A stretch of 64,000 bases of DNA from Chlorokybus atmophyticus (taxonomy: Eukaryota > Plantae > Mesostigma and Chlorokybus algae). The stretch is from the NCBI GenBank assembly GCA_009103225.1, contig RHPI01003729.1, positions 62,001-126,000 of the forward strand, given 5' to 3'. The notes under the pieces were generated by a model. It saw only the letters and a list, made by a program, of their open reading frames with translations. It was not told where the DNA came from and ran no database searches. The translations under genes and the position numbers were made by a program. Shown here piece by piece: positions 24,857 through 38,335 of the stretch; within the stretch, counting starts at the first letter, position 1; each line of letters opens with the position of its first letter.

Positions 24857-25906
24857 GTGTAGTGTTGTTGGGGGCTACCAGTTGTGAGTATGCGCTAGAC
24901 TTGCACTGGACTGTCTAATGGGTGGCGGTTGCAACGCAAGTATACAGTTTACCATTGCAAGCAGTCTGCTTGACAGTAGTCACACTTGACGTCCGTTGTC
25001 AGTAGGAGGGCTGGTTACCAAAGTGTGCAAGCATGAAGCATTTCCACGCAGGTTATGGTTTGTAGCAGCTTGGTAATACGTGATGTTACTCCTGTGTGTA
25101 AGCATGGCGGTCTTAAGCATAAGTTTAGTATGAGCATGTTCATCTGTGCATTTGTGCACTGCGTGCTCTGTACACATGCTGTCATTGCACACCCTGTGTT
25201 TAGGATTGCTATAGCATACATGCTAACATCAGTGTACAAGTAAACATCACCATTTCTGTTGCCTGAGAGCCGTGCAAATTGATACACTGACCCAAGCACT
25301 GGCACATAATCTGGCGGTAATGAAGATGAGTAGCAGCAACATATCGGGTTGTTGTTAATCTGCATAAGCGAATGAATGTGCTGAGCTAACTACTACACCA
25401 CATATGCGCAGTTGTGCAGATACAATTGCACACTCAAGCCAGTCAGAAATGCAATGTTATTGAAGGCAAGCGTGATAAAATGATGTTAGTACGCAACCAC
25501 TTTCAATGTAAAGGTAATATCCAGTATTTATAAAGTCGTGTTTGAAAGGTAAGATTTAATTACCAGGTATTCACACTACATTACAAATCAATGCAGCGAT
25601 AGTATGTATGAATTATACTATTCAGGCTTAGCTGTGTACATTGACTATGCTGGTGAACAAGATAGACTTTGTGGTGGTCGACAGTATATTATTATGGGTG
25701 GATAACAAGATTAGTATCGAATGAGCTTTAACATCATTTCACAATTCTTACTCGGGTGAAGAAAAAGGCAAAGAGTTTCATTTCAACTTTAATGTACAAT
25801 GTACAATGGCACATTGGTGCCAAGTTCAATCAACCCTGCTCTACCATGGTAAACCTAAGGCTGTTTATAAACACCTAATGTTGCAGAACGTGCCAAGGCA
25901 AGGTAT

Positions 25907-26844
25907 CTAGGAGAGCCAGAAGCCCAGGGTGGACTGGCCGGTGATAGCCTCAGTCGCCAGCATGGCAATGAAGCCAAGCATAGCAGTGCGGCCGTTGATA
26001 ATCTCACGGCCTGGGCGCCAGAAAGACTGCTTCTCAAACTCAGCATCACCCACACCCTTGGAGGGAGGGATGATGGAGCTGACGATGGTCAGGGCAGCCA
26101 AGGCCAGGAAAGAGAACCTGTAGATGGCAAGTCAGTAAATGCATGCTTCAAGTACACAAGGAAACATACGACCACCATTCTTTGTTTACGTACTTGGAGA
26201 TGGAGATGGTGCTCATCTGAGCGGCAATACCCTTGCCGGTAATGTACTCGCCAGCAATGGCGGCGAGAAAGCCGAGCATAGCAGCGCGACCGTTGATGCG
26301 CTCAAGTAGACCCTCATAGGTGAGCAGATCAGTTGACTGGGATTCGCCCGGCTTGGGAATCTGAGCATTATAAAGCAAACCACTTAGCAACGCAAGCACA
26401 CGCACGACATCGGCCGGTGTGGTACTCCTTTATGGTGTTACTTACGGTGTTGCCAGAGAAGGCGTTGGAGGCCTTGGAGCCCAGGCTATGGATGGAACCC
26501 TCAGCGTCAGCATCACTGGGGTTGGGGATGGGCAAGTTGCTGGCGACGTCGGAGAGCTTGCTCTTGGCGTCAGCGGCAGCGTCCTGAGCAATGTTCTTGG
26601 CCTTCTCCAGGGGGTTCGCCTCGCACCTCACCAAACGGCGGAAGGCGGGGACGGACACTGGCACTCGGCTGCGGATGGCTGCATGGCACCCACTTAATCG
26701 TCAACTTTTAAAAAGTCTACTTGACACCACTGAGCAGTACGCAACCACTGCATGCATGTACTCACCGTTGGTGCGCCTTGAGAGAGAAGGCCGGGTGAGC
26801 TGGGCGACAGGGACGGAGATAGCAGCCATGATGGTGGACGCCAT
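25907..26844 (-). CDS. ELIP: ELIP / three-helix LHC-like protein (copy A1) with an N-terminal LEA-like segment, 4 exons
   Basis: Transit peptide MASTIMAAISVPVAQLTRPSLSRRTN|AIRSRVPV...VRCEA. Helix 1 LLERINGRAAMLGFLAAIAGEYITG, hydrophobic helix 2 FSFLALAALTIVSSII, helix 3 GREIINGRTAMLGFIAMLATEAITG. TATA box at 26956-26963. Confidence 0.9.
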
Positions 26845-29458
26845 TTTGAAGGTGTAGCTGAATGCGAGCACACTAGTTGACAAGGGCTTTCGACACACTG
26901 ATCTCTGCAAACGCAGTGAAATGCACCGTAATACCCTCAGGAGGGGCCGAAGCTGTTTATATACCTCGTGCACGCGAAAGGTGCGGTGGAGTCACTCACT
27001 GCTTGCTTCCGCCTGACGTGTCAGGTTCGAGAAAAAGTGCGTCCCGCAGCCTGTCAATCATGACTGAGAGAAGGGCGAATTGAGATCACCACTCCAGCAC
27101 AGCGCACTGCCCAAGCCTGCATCGCACCGTTGTACGCCCAAACTCTCGCGCCTGGGCATCGCGTACGCCAAATCTCATCACAGATTGACACGATGACTGG
27201 AAACGAGATTGGCGCGAAAGATGAAGCCCAGGTGCCCGGGTGCAAGGGTTCTGCGCCACACTGCAGTGCGCGACGCTAGCTAGTTGGCGCCAGCCTGGCC
27301 GCAATGGGTCTGCCACGTCAATGGAGTCATCCTCAGACAACAGCGACGCATAGATGGTGCCGCCGGCAGTGGCGGTGGCGGCGATATCCGTATCGTATGA
27401 CGCACTCGTCCTCAGCAAGGGCGGCAAAGTCATCCACGTCTACAGCGCGCTGCTTGGAGGAGCAGATCCAGCGCTAGCGCCTGCATGCCCGCCTGGCCGT
27501 GTCGTGAAGCGTGACCCGCTAGCTGCTGGCTGCATGCGTGGCCGTAGGCCACTGGAGGTTGCCATTTGCCATTTAGCCACTGCTGACGTGGCCTCGTAGT
27601 TGAGGTTGTCTTTGTACTGTTTGGGTATCGACGACTTGCAGTATGTGTAACTGTGTTGGCTGCATGTCCGCTTATCCGCACATGTGCAGAACTTTTTAAT
27701 ACGATTGGGTAATATTGTTTGTGCAGTGTTTAGCTAATTGGTGAGAAATGAAAACATGTTGCGCACATGTAGCGCTTAGATATACTTTGGGCAAGGCGTT
27801 GCGCATGCGCAAACACACTCGTCTCAGCTGTGGTATAAAGTGTGCATATCCGCACAAGCACGCACAATGTAAAGGGTATGAGTAGCATGCTTTATGGCGT
27901 AGCTTTAATCTGCAACCCTATAAAAGCACTTTGTTACCGTCCATTGCAAGCAATGAATGGAGGCAGAGGCAGCTGCAAGCTGCAGCGCAACACAAGAATT
28001 GTTCACATTGCAATATCTTTAAGCACTTGGTTGCCATATTCAGCAGGACAGATGTTCACCACGTCGAGCACATAAGATCACAACGGGGTGCTAGTGTAAT
28101 CCCATGCGTGCAATAAGCAATCGGGCTGGCCCAAGCCCTCACGTATGTTGTGCTATGCTATGTTAGGTCAACACACATCGCCATCCATAGCGAACCAAGT
28201 CCGCACACACATCAATCCCCATAGCCAACCCCACCACGCCCACAACCCCATCACCACCTGTTATGGCGATGCCAGTTAGCAAGCAGTTGCCGTGTGGGCA
28301 ACTGCGGCTTTCATGGCTTAAGTCCGAAACTTTAGGTGCAACGGCTCTGTGCATGGACACTCGGATTGTGCAGATTCACCCCCCGCACAGTAAGTAAGTG
28401 GTAGAGCAAGCACAGCAGGGTAGTGGTAGAGCAGCAACGTGGTGACAATATTCACAATATATGTGGTGTTCAAAGTCACCGTGTCAATGCATTATGCGGG
28501 CACTTATGATGCTCCCCGCATGTTATCCTTGAACATTCTGTAGTTGTGTTTGTACAATGCGTGTGGGATGACGCCATACAACATGATGTCATGATACCAC
28601 ATACGATCACAAGGGGGTGCTAATGCTAGTGCAAAGCTATGCGTGCAATAAGAACATTTGTAAAAGGGTGTTGCGCACTATGAAGTGCCAGCACAACCTG
28701 AAACAGGATATAGCTAATTAACATACCTTGCAAGCTCGCACGCAGCATTTGCAAGCTGCAGCAAATGGGTGCACACATGTGTACAGAGATGTCGCACATT
28801 GTGACGTAGGTTGATATTGCAAGCTAGCGAAACAGCAACTATTTGATATCATGCAAGCATACAGTTGAAGCGGCTGCAAGGTGTAGAATATACATATATA
28901 GTAATGCAATTGTAACAGCTCTTTGTAATATCCATTCATGTAATAATACTTACTTATACCAAGAGGTATTGCACAAGTAGGTTGTGTCAAATGGCATATA
29001 CAAGTTTTACATAATGGTGTTGTAGCTGTAACAGTTTGGCGCGACATATGTCATTTCATGTACAATTTTGCATTTTGGAGTGTACGAGCTATAAGTATTG
29101 TGATAGTTGCTGTGCATAGCTGTGTATGACGATACCACTTTTGCATTGTACTCGTATGTATTAGATTATGTTACAATCATTTGTACAATAGAAAGAGCAG
29201 ATGTCAGAGAAGGCACTAGCATGTCCAAGTAGAGTCAGATGTTAGGCTATGCCGATCAGCGAACACAATCATGAAACTTATCCAAGAAAACATCCATGTC
29301 GCATAGTGGCATACAAGATGTGTTGCAAAACTCCATTGCAGGTTTGCTTTTGCATTGGCAAGGCAAGGCATTGGCATACAGCCCGTGCTGTTACAGTCTG
29401 AGGTACAATGACTAGCCGATTATGTACACATATAGGTACAAGGATGTGCAAACACAAT

Positions 29459-30440
29459 CTAAGAGAGTCAGAAGCCCAGGGTGGACTGGCCGGTGATAGC
29501 TTCAGTCGCGAGCATGGGGATGAAGCCAAGCATGGCAGTGCGACCGTTGATAATTTCACGGCCTGGACGCTACCACGCCTGGTTCTCTTACTCAGCATCA
29601 CCCACACTCTTAGAAGGAGGGATGATGCTGCTGACAATGGTCAGAGAAGCCAATGCCAAGACAGAAAACCTATAGACAAATGGCAAGTCAGCAGCTACTT
29701 CATCTCAAAGTGAAGAGGAAACATACAAAGATAAGCAATCGTTGGCTACTTACTTGGAGATGGAGATGGTGCTCATCTGTGCAGCAATGCCCTTGCCAGT
29801 GATGTACTCCCCAGCAATAGCGGCGAGGAAGTCAAGCATAGCAGCGCGGCCATTGATGCGCTCAAGCAGATTTTTATAAATCAACAGGTCCGTAGACTGA
29901 GACTCACCGCGCTTGGGCATCCAAGTAAATGACACAAAGTAAGGAACACTTGTGCAGTACGCAATACGATTGAACATTTCATATGACTAGCGGTGCAATT
30001 TGCACTGTTGCCAGTGAAGGCGTTGGAAGCCTTGGGGCCAACGCTGTGGATGGTACCCTCCGCATCAGCATCGCTGGGGTTGGGGATGGGCAGGTTGCTG
30101 GCAACGTCAGAAAGGTTGCTCTTAACGTCTGCGGCAGCATCCTGAGCGGCGCTCTTCGCCTTGTTAAGGGGGTTGGCCTCGCACCTCGCTGAGCGGCGGA
30201 ATGCGGGGGCAGACACTGGCACACGGCTCCGGATGGCTGCATGTACAAACGGTCAAGAGCCGATGCTAGAACATTACTGTGAACGTGAGAACTCCACGAA
30301 GTGGATACGGAAATGGAGTAACCGCAACAAGCGCAACCATTGTGCAGCAAGCATCACTCACAATTGGTGCACTTGGACAGTGTGGGTCGAATTAGCTGGG
30401 CCACATGGGCGGAGAGAATAGCCATTGTAGTGGACGCCAT
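29459..30440 (-). pseudogene. ELIP pseudogene (copy B1)
   Basis: Paralogous to A1, but the last exon has in-frame stops (GAG TAA, TGG TAG, TTC TGA), helix 1 has AMLGF changed to AMLDF, and the exon-3 acceptor reads TGG instead of (C/T)AG. Confidence 0.85.
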
Positions 30441-30613
30441 TGCTAACTTGCTAAAAGTCTCGACGAAGCTACGGCTGATGATGAGATGAAGAAGAATGAC
30501 GCAATCACTTGAGCGCAAAGAGCTGGTGACGGTCACTACAGTGTGCTCATTTGCTTCTTATGCCTCGTGGCTAAGACGGCCATGCATGCAGCATGTCGGT
30601 GCGTCCATGGGNG

Positions 30614-30789
30614 CACATTGGTGCCAAGTTCAATCAACCCTGCTCTACCATGGTAAACCTAAGGCTGTTTATAAACACCTAATGTTGCAGAACGTGCCAA
30701 GGCAAGGTATCTAGGAGAGCCAGAAGCCCAGGGTGGACTGGCCGGTGATAGCCTCAGTCGCCAGCATGGCAATGAAGCCAAGCATAGCA
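30614..30789 (+). repeat. 176-bp copy of 25809-25984 (ELIP 3' end) right after a single N at the junction of the 5-kb duplication
   Basis: N near 30612-30613. The sequence then jumps to a copy of 25729 onward at 30790. Confidence 0.8.
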
Positions 30790-30960
30790 TAACATCATTT
30801 CACAATTCTTACTCGGGTGAAGAAAAAGGCAAAGAGTTTCATTTCAACTTTAATGTACAATAGCACATTGGTGCCAAGTTCAATCAACCCTGCTCTACCA
30901 TGGTAAACCTAAGGCTGTTTATAAACACCTAATGTTGCAGAACGTGCCAAGGCAAGGTAT

Positions 30961-31898
30961 CTAGGAGAGCCAGAAGCCCAGGGTGGACTGGCCGGTGATA
31001 GCCTCAGTCGCCAGCATGGCAATGAAGCCAAGCATAGCAGTGCGGCCGTTGATAATCTCACGGCCTGGGCGCCAGAAAGACTGCTTCTCAAACTCAGCAT
31101 CACCCACACCCTTGGAGGGAGGGATGATGGAGCTGACGATGGTCAGGGCAGCCAAGGCCAGGAAAGAGAACCTGTAGATGGCAAGTCAGTAAATGCATGC
31201 TTCAAGTACACAAGGAAACATACGACCACCATTCTTTGTTTACGTACTTGGAGATGGAGATGGTGCTCATCTGAGCGGCAATACCCTTGCCGGTAATGTA
31301 CTCGCCAGCAATGGCGGCGAGAAAGCCGAGCATAGCAGCGCGACCGTTGATGCGCTCAAGTAGACCCTCATAGGTGAGCAGATCAGTTGACTGGGATTCG
31401 CCCGGCTTGGGAATCTGAGCATTATAAAGCAAACCACTTAGCAACGCAAGCACACGCACGACATCGGCCGGTGTGGTACTCCTTTATGGTGTTACTTACG
31501 GTGTTGCCAGAGAAGGCGTTGGAGGCCTTGGAGCCCAGGCTATGGATGGAACCCTCAGCGTCAGCATCACTGGGGTTGGGGATGGGCAAGTTGCTGGCGA
31601 CGTCGGAGAGCTTGCTCTTGGCGTCAGCGGCAGCGTCCTGAGCAATGTTCTTGGCCTTCTCCAGGGGGTTCGCCTCGCACCTCACCAAACGGCGGAAGGC
31701 GGGGACGGACACTGGCACTCGGCTGCGGATGGCTGCATGGCACCCACTTAATCGTCAACTTTTAAAAAGTCTACTTGACACCACTGAGCAGTACGCAACC
31801 ACTGCATGCATGTACTCACCGTTGGTGCGCCTTGAGAGAGAAGGCCGGGTGAGCTGGGCGACAGGGACGGAGATAGCAGCCATGATGGTGGACGCCAT
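30961..31898 (-). CDS. ELIP: ELIP copy A2 (same translation as A1)
   Basis: Same exons at offset +5054. May be an assembly duplicate. Confidence 0.7.
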
Positions 31899-34512
31899 TT
31901 TGAAGGTGTAGCTGAATGCGAGCACACTAGTTGACAAGGGCTTTCGACACACTGATCTCTGCAAACGCAGTGAAATGCACCGTAATACCCTCAGGAGGGG
32001 CCGAAGCTGTTTATATACCTCGTGCACGCGAAAGGTGCGGTGGAGTCACTCACTGCTTGCTTCCGCCTGACGTGTCAGGTTCGAGAAAAAGTGCGTCCCG
32101 CAGCCTGTCAATCATGACTGAGAGAAGGGCGAATTGAGATCACCACTCCAGCACAGCGCACTGCCCAAGCCTGCATCGCACCGTTGTACGCCCAAACTCT
32201 CGCGCCTGGGCATCGCGTACGCCAAATCTCATCACAGATTGACACGATGACTGGAAACGAGATTGGCGCGAAAGATGAAGCCCAGGTGCCCGGGTGCAAG
32301 GGTTCTGCGCCACACTGCAGTGCGCGACGCTAGCTAGTTGGCGCCAGCCTGGCCGCAATGGGTCTGCCACGTCAATGGAGTCATCCTCAGACAACAGCGA
32401 CGCATAGATGGTGCCGCCGGCAGTGGCGGTGGCGGCGATATCCGTATCGTATGACGCACTCGTCCTCAGCAAGGGCGGCAAAGTCATCCACGTCTACAGC
32501 GCGCTGCTTGGAGGAGCAGATCCAGCGCTAGCGCCTGCATGCCCGCCTGGCCGTGTCGTGAAGCGTGACCCGCTAGCTGCTGGCTGCATGCGTGGCCGTA
32601 GGCCACTGGAGGTTGCCATTTGCCATTTAGCCACTGCTGACGTGGCCTCGTAGTTGAGGTTGTCTTTGTACTGTTTGGGTATCGACGACTTGCAGTATGT
32701 GTAACTGTGTTGGCTGCATGTCCGCTTATCCGCACATGTGCAGAACTTTTTAATACGATTGGGTAATATTGTTTGTGCAGTGTTTAGCTAATTGGTGAGA
32801 AATGAAAACATGTTGCGCACATGTAGCGCTTAGATATACTTTGGGCAAGGCGTTGCGCATGCGCAAACACACTCGTCTCAGCTGTGGTATAAAGTGTGCA
32901 TATCCGCACAAGCACGCACAATGTAAAGGGTATGAGTAGCATGCTTTATGGCGTAGCTTTAATCTGCAACCCTATAAAAGCACTTTGTTACCGTCCATTG
33001 CAAGCAATGAATGGAGGCAGAGGCAGCTGCAAGCTGCAGCGCAACACAAGAATTGTTCACATTGCAATATCTTTAAGCACTTGGTTGCCATATTCAGCAG
33101 GACAGATGTTCACCACGTCGAGCACATAAGATCACAACGGGGTGCTAGTGTAATCCCATGCGTGCAATAAGCAATCGGGCTGGCCCAAGCCCTCACGTAT
33201 GTTGTGCTATGCTATGTTAGGTCAACACACATCGCCATCCATAGCGAACCAAGTCCGCACACACATCAATCCCCATAGCCAACCCCACCACGCCCACAAC
33301 CCCATCACCACCTGTTATGGCGATGCCAGTTAGCAAGCAGTTGCCGTGTGGGCAACTGCGGCTTTCATGGCTTAAGTCCGAAACTTTAGGTGCAACGGCT
33401 CTGTGCATGGACACTCGGATTGTGCAGATTCACCCCCCGCACAGTAAGTAAGTGGTAGAGCAAGCACAGCAGGGTAGTGGTAGAGCAGCAACGTGGTGAC
33501 AATATTCACAATATATGTGGTGTTCAAAGTCACCGTGTCAATGCATTATGCGGGCACTTATGATGCTCCCCGCATGTTATCCTTGAACATTCTGTAGTTG
33601 TGTTTGTACAATGCGTGTGGGATGACGCCATACAACATGATGTCATGATACCACATACGATCACAAGGGGGTGCTAATGCTAGTGCAAAGCTATGCGTGC
33701 AATAAGAACATTTGTAAAAGGGTGTTGCGCACTATGAAGTGCCAGCACAACCTGAAACAGGATATAGCTAATTAACATACCTTGCAAGCTCGCACGCAGC
33801 ATTTGCAAGCTGCAGCAAATGGGTGCACACATGTGTACAGAGATGTCGCACATTGTGACGTAGGTTGATATTGCAAGCTAGCGAAACAGCAACTATTTGA
33901 TATCATGCAAGCATACAGTTGAAGCGGCTGCAAGGTGTAGAATATACATATATAGTAATGCAATTGTAACAGCTCTTTGTAATATCCATTCATGTAATAA
34001 TACTTACTTATACCAAGAGGTATTGCACAAGTAGGTTGTGTCAAATGGCATATACAAGTTTTACATAATGGTGTTGTAGCTGTAACAGTTTGGCGCGACA
34101 TATGTCATTTCATGTACAATTTTGCATTTTGGAGTGTACGAGCTATAAGTATTGTGATAGTTGCTGTGCATAGCTGTGTATGACGATACCACTTTTGCAT
34201 TGTACTCGTATGTATTAGATTATGTTACAATCATTTGTACAATAGAAAGAGCAGATGTCAGAGAAGGCACTAGCATGTCCAAGTAGAGTCAGATGTTAGG
34301 CTATGCCGATCAGCGAACACAATCATGAAACTTATCCAAGAAAACATCCATGTCGCATAGTGGCATACAAGATGTGTTGCAAAACTCCATTGCAGGTTTG
34401 CTTTTGCATTGGCAAGGCAAGGCATTGGCATACAGCCCGTGCTGTTACAGTCTGAGGTACAATGACTAGCCGATTATGTACACATATAGGTACAAGGATG
34501 TGCAAACACAAT

Positions 34513-35494
34513 CTAAGAGAGTCAGAAGCCCAGGGTGGACTGGCCGGTGATAGCTTCAGTCGCGAGCATGGGGATGAAGCCAAGCATGGCAGTGCGACCG
34601 TTGATAATTTCACGGCCTGGACGCTACCACGCCTGGTTCTCTTACTCAGCATCACCCACACTCTTAGAAGGAGGGATGATGCTGCTGACAATGGTCAGAG
34701 AAGCCAATGCCAAGACAGAAAACCTATAGACAAATGGCAAGTCAGCAGCTACTTCATCTCAAAGTGAAGAGGAAACATACAAAGATAAGCAATCGTTGGC
34801 TACTTACTTGGAGATGGAGATGGTGCTCATCTGTGCAGCAATGCCCTTGCCAGTGATGTACTCCCCAGCAATAGCGGCGAGGAAGTCAAGCATAGCAGCG
34901 CGGCCATTGATGCGCTCAAGCAGATTTTTATAAATCAACAGGTCCGTAGACTGAGACTCACCGCGCTTGGGCATCCAAGTAAATGACACAAAGTAAGGAA
35001 CACTTGTGCAGTACGCAATACGATTGAACATTTCATATGACTAGCGGTGCAATTTGCACTGTTGCCAGTGAAGGCGTTGGAAGCCTTGGGGCCAACGCTG
35101 TGGATGGTACCCTCCGCATCAGCATCGCTGGGGTTGGGGATGGGCAGGTTGCTGGCAACGTCAGAAAGGTTGCTCTTAACGTCTGCGGCAGCATCCTGAG
35201 CGGCGCTCTTCGCCTTGTTAAGGGGGTTGGCCTCGCACCTCGCTGAGCGGCGGAATGCGGGGGCAGACACTGGCACACGGCTCCGGATGGCTGCATGTAC
35301 AAACGGTCAAGAGCCGATGCTAGAACATTACTGTGAACGTGAGAACTCCACGAAGTGGATACGGAAATGGAGTAACCGCAACAAGCGCAACCATTGTGCA
35401 GCAAGCATCACTCACAATTGGTGCACTTGGACAGTGTGGGTCGAATTAGCTGGGCCACATGGGCGGAGAGAATAGCCATTGTAGTGGACGCCAT
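34513..35494 (-). pseudogene. ELIP pseudogene copy B2 (same lesions as B1)
   Basis: Same lesions at offset +5054. Confidence 0.7.
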
Positions 35495-38335
35495 TGCTAA
35501 CTTGCTAAAAGTCTCGACGAAGCTACGGCTGATGATGAGATGAAGAAGAATGACGCAATCACTTGAGCGCAAAGAGCTGGTGACGGTCACTACAGTGTGC
35601 TCATTTGCTTCTTATGCCTCGTGGCTAAGACGGCCATGCATGCAGCATGTCGGTGCGTCCATGGGCAGCTTCGCACACGGGCGTTGTCATGGCCATCGCC
35701 GCTGCCCGCATCGCTCACAACGGCGCGCAGATTTACGTAGCCGCCATCCCCACCGCTCCGTCGCCCCATATGGACGGGACAACATAGATGTCAGTATCCA
35801 CGGCTTGGAGTCAGTGGAGTCAGTGTCGCCAAGCTGGAACGTCGTCTCCGGACGTGGTAGACGCATCATGAGATCTGTCGCTTAACTAAAAGTCATGAAG
35901 TCAATCAAGAGATTGTTGCTTAGATATTGAAGGTTGTTGCTTAGACCTCTTGTTGCTTGGAAATCCATGCACTGTATGGAGAATATGATCATGTGACAAA
36001 ACATTGTTATGCTTGCAAACATACGTATTTATAATGTTAACATGCTTTTCACAAGCATTGCATCCGTAATGCAAGCGGATGCATATTTTATTAATATTAT
36101 TGATCCATCACCACATGTGATGAAAAGGTAGCATACCGTGTATAGCAATGCACACGTCAAGATTTCTACTTAGCATCTAAGTCTTTCAACTCACCCTTTA
36201 TATGTAGGGAACCCAGTTTTGTGTGCTTGTTGCTGCTTTTGCATGACATGACCAATGCGGATGTGACGCACTGGCTCAAGCGTGATGTGCTTGTATTACA
36301 TGAAAGTGGCGCAATGTGCATGGCAATTACTTTGATATAAGATTCTTGCAGTAACACAAAATGCATCTCACGGTTAAGCTTTCTGCCTAAAACCACGCTC
36401 TGCAAGGTGCTATTCGCTTAAGCAACATAATCACACGCAATGCTATGTAATTGCAAATGCGCGCAACAATTGTGCGCATATGCGATTATGTAGCATTGCT
36501 CTATAAATTGAAATATAGCGGGCAAAATTCAAGTCGACATGTCATAAGTGCACTTGTGCTGCATTTAATCTACATACATGTAAGAGTCTTATAGAATGAA
36601 TAAAACACATTAGCTACAAGCAAACTTTGTTTGTATGAAGACTACCAATGCATATGTGCATTCAATGATTTTTCGTATGCAAACTGACGATGCCGTTTTG
36701 CCGCAATAGCACTTAACTTAACAGATGGATAGACATGGTATCATGCTATCACATATGATCATAATTGCTTGTACGCAACTCCGTACAGCAAGTCAATAGG
36801 CACAGTTATGGTAGTTATCTCAATGACTCTATGCGTATGACCATGAAGACATGTGAATGATTGGGTGAGACCCTAACATAATTGAGATTAGCGCGCGCAT
36901 CGCAATCTTAGGCGATGTGGGGTGGGTTAGGTTAATGAGCAAATTCTTCGGATGGGGCGCGTCATCATCTGACTACAACGCATCAATTGCAACTAATCGC
37001 ACATGTTATTTGCTCTGAAGGCTATATGCACGCTGCAATCACGTCTGTGGGGCTGCTTCAATAGTTAAGAACGTGGCCGCACTTGATCACATTTACCTAA
37101 TCACCAATAGTGCTATGTGAGTAATACCTGGGCGTACAAAGAAGGCAATGGAGTATTGTGCCATGCACGACAGGAATACTGACAAAACGCATATACAAAC
37201 ACTCACCTCAAATACAATTACCGTGTTAAGCACTAATTGCCTACCTCACCACTCCCTGTAACGCGGTTAATAGTTATATCCTAAGATTATGCTTGGGTTA
37301 TAAGCAAGTATATGTATAAGCAAATTCTAACAATATGTTATTGGAATATTACTTTGTACTTGGTTATAAAGTAATGGATATGAGGTATGCCGCACAACGC
37401 AGCCTCTAGCCATAGGTGCGATGGAGGTGCGATGGCGCCGCGGTCGCAGGCCGTCGGATGATTATTAATATCGAAGGTTGGTAGTCAGTGACAAGGCGTA
37501 ACTGACGTGACGGCGCAAGCCGCGCGCCACTCAGGGCGCGACGCGCAGCCACGCCACCACCAAGGGTAAAACCCCTTGAGATAACCAATACGCATTTATT
37601 ATCTCTCAAGATTTTATGTCCTATGTGGGCATAGTAATTGTGGCACAGGGCAAATAGATATAGAAACCATGGGATTGCACCTTAGTCCGACTGGTTGTTC
37701 ACACTCAAGGGTACGAAACCCTTAAAGTGATTGGTGTGAATGTTAACTGAGTACGTGTGAGCACACTTACTCAAAGATGGTTAGCCGCCTTTGATTGCAT
37801 TAGAATCCGGACGTGGCACCATGGGTGGACATACCCACAGCCCTTGAAGGTGAAGATGAACCACAAGGGTATATAAGAGGGCAAGCAAGAGTAGCCAAGG
37901 CATTAAGGTTTGTGGCCTTGCCATGGTGTGCTTGAGTGGGACATCTACGTGGGGTGTTCGGGTGAGAGGCCGTTCAAGGGGGTGCCAAGACTCCTCAACT
38001 TCAAGGTTGCAAGGTGTGTTGCTGTCCTTGCATTATACTTGTCGTGTGTGTGCGAGAGTGCATGCGAGGGTAGTAGTGCTTGCACTTGTGTGTAAGTGCA
38101 TGCATTGGTGTTTACACTTGTATGTGAGTGTGAGCACTGGGTAGAAGTGTTTGCACGCACTTGTATGTGTGTGTCAGCATATTCAAGCGCACACTTGTGT
38201 GCGCGAGTGGAGATCTTAACTTGCCTTGGTGTTAGCTACCGTAGCCAACAGTGACTAGCGTGCTCGAGCGTAGGTGGGCATTGCACTCCCAACCGCAAGA
38301 CTACGAATACCGCCCCATCTCATCAGTCATGCATG

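Larger units (their letters stand above)
30790..35665 (+). repeat. ~4.9-kb near-identical tandem copy of 25729-30611 (ELIP A plus pseudo-ELIP B unit)
   Basis: The ORF track repeats identically at offset 5054. The only difference noticed by eye is a 7-bp indel plus a substitution near 25800/30860. Confidence 0.9.

Noticed and set aside
27086-27600. Kelch-like fragment (GGTIYA...VADPLRPGWRQLAS) upstream of ELIP A
   Set aside because: One weak repeat with no GG-Y-W series. More likely GC-rich promoter DNA.
37390-38290. LTR-like block with TATATAA and TG-rich tail
   Set aside because: No matching second LTR, TSD or convincing PBS found.
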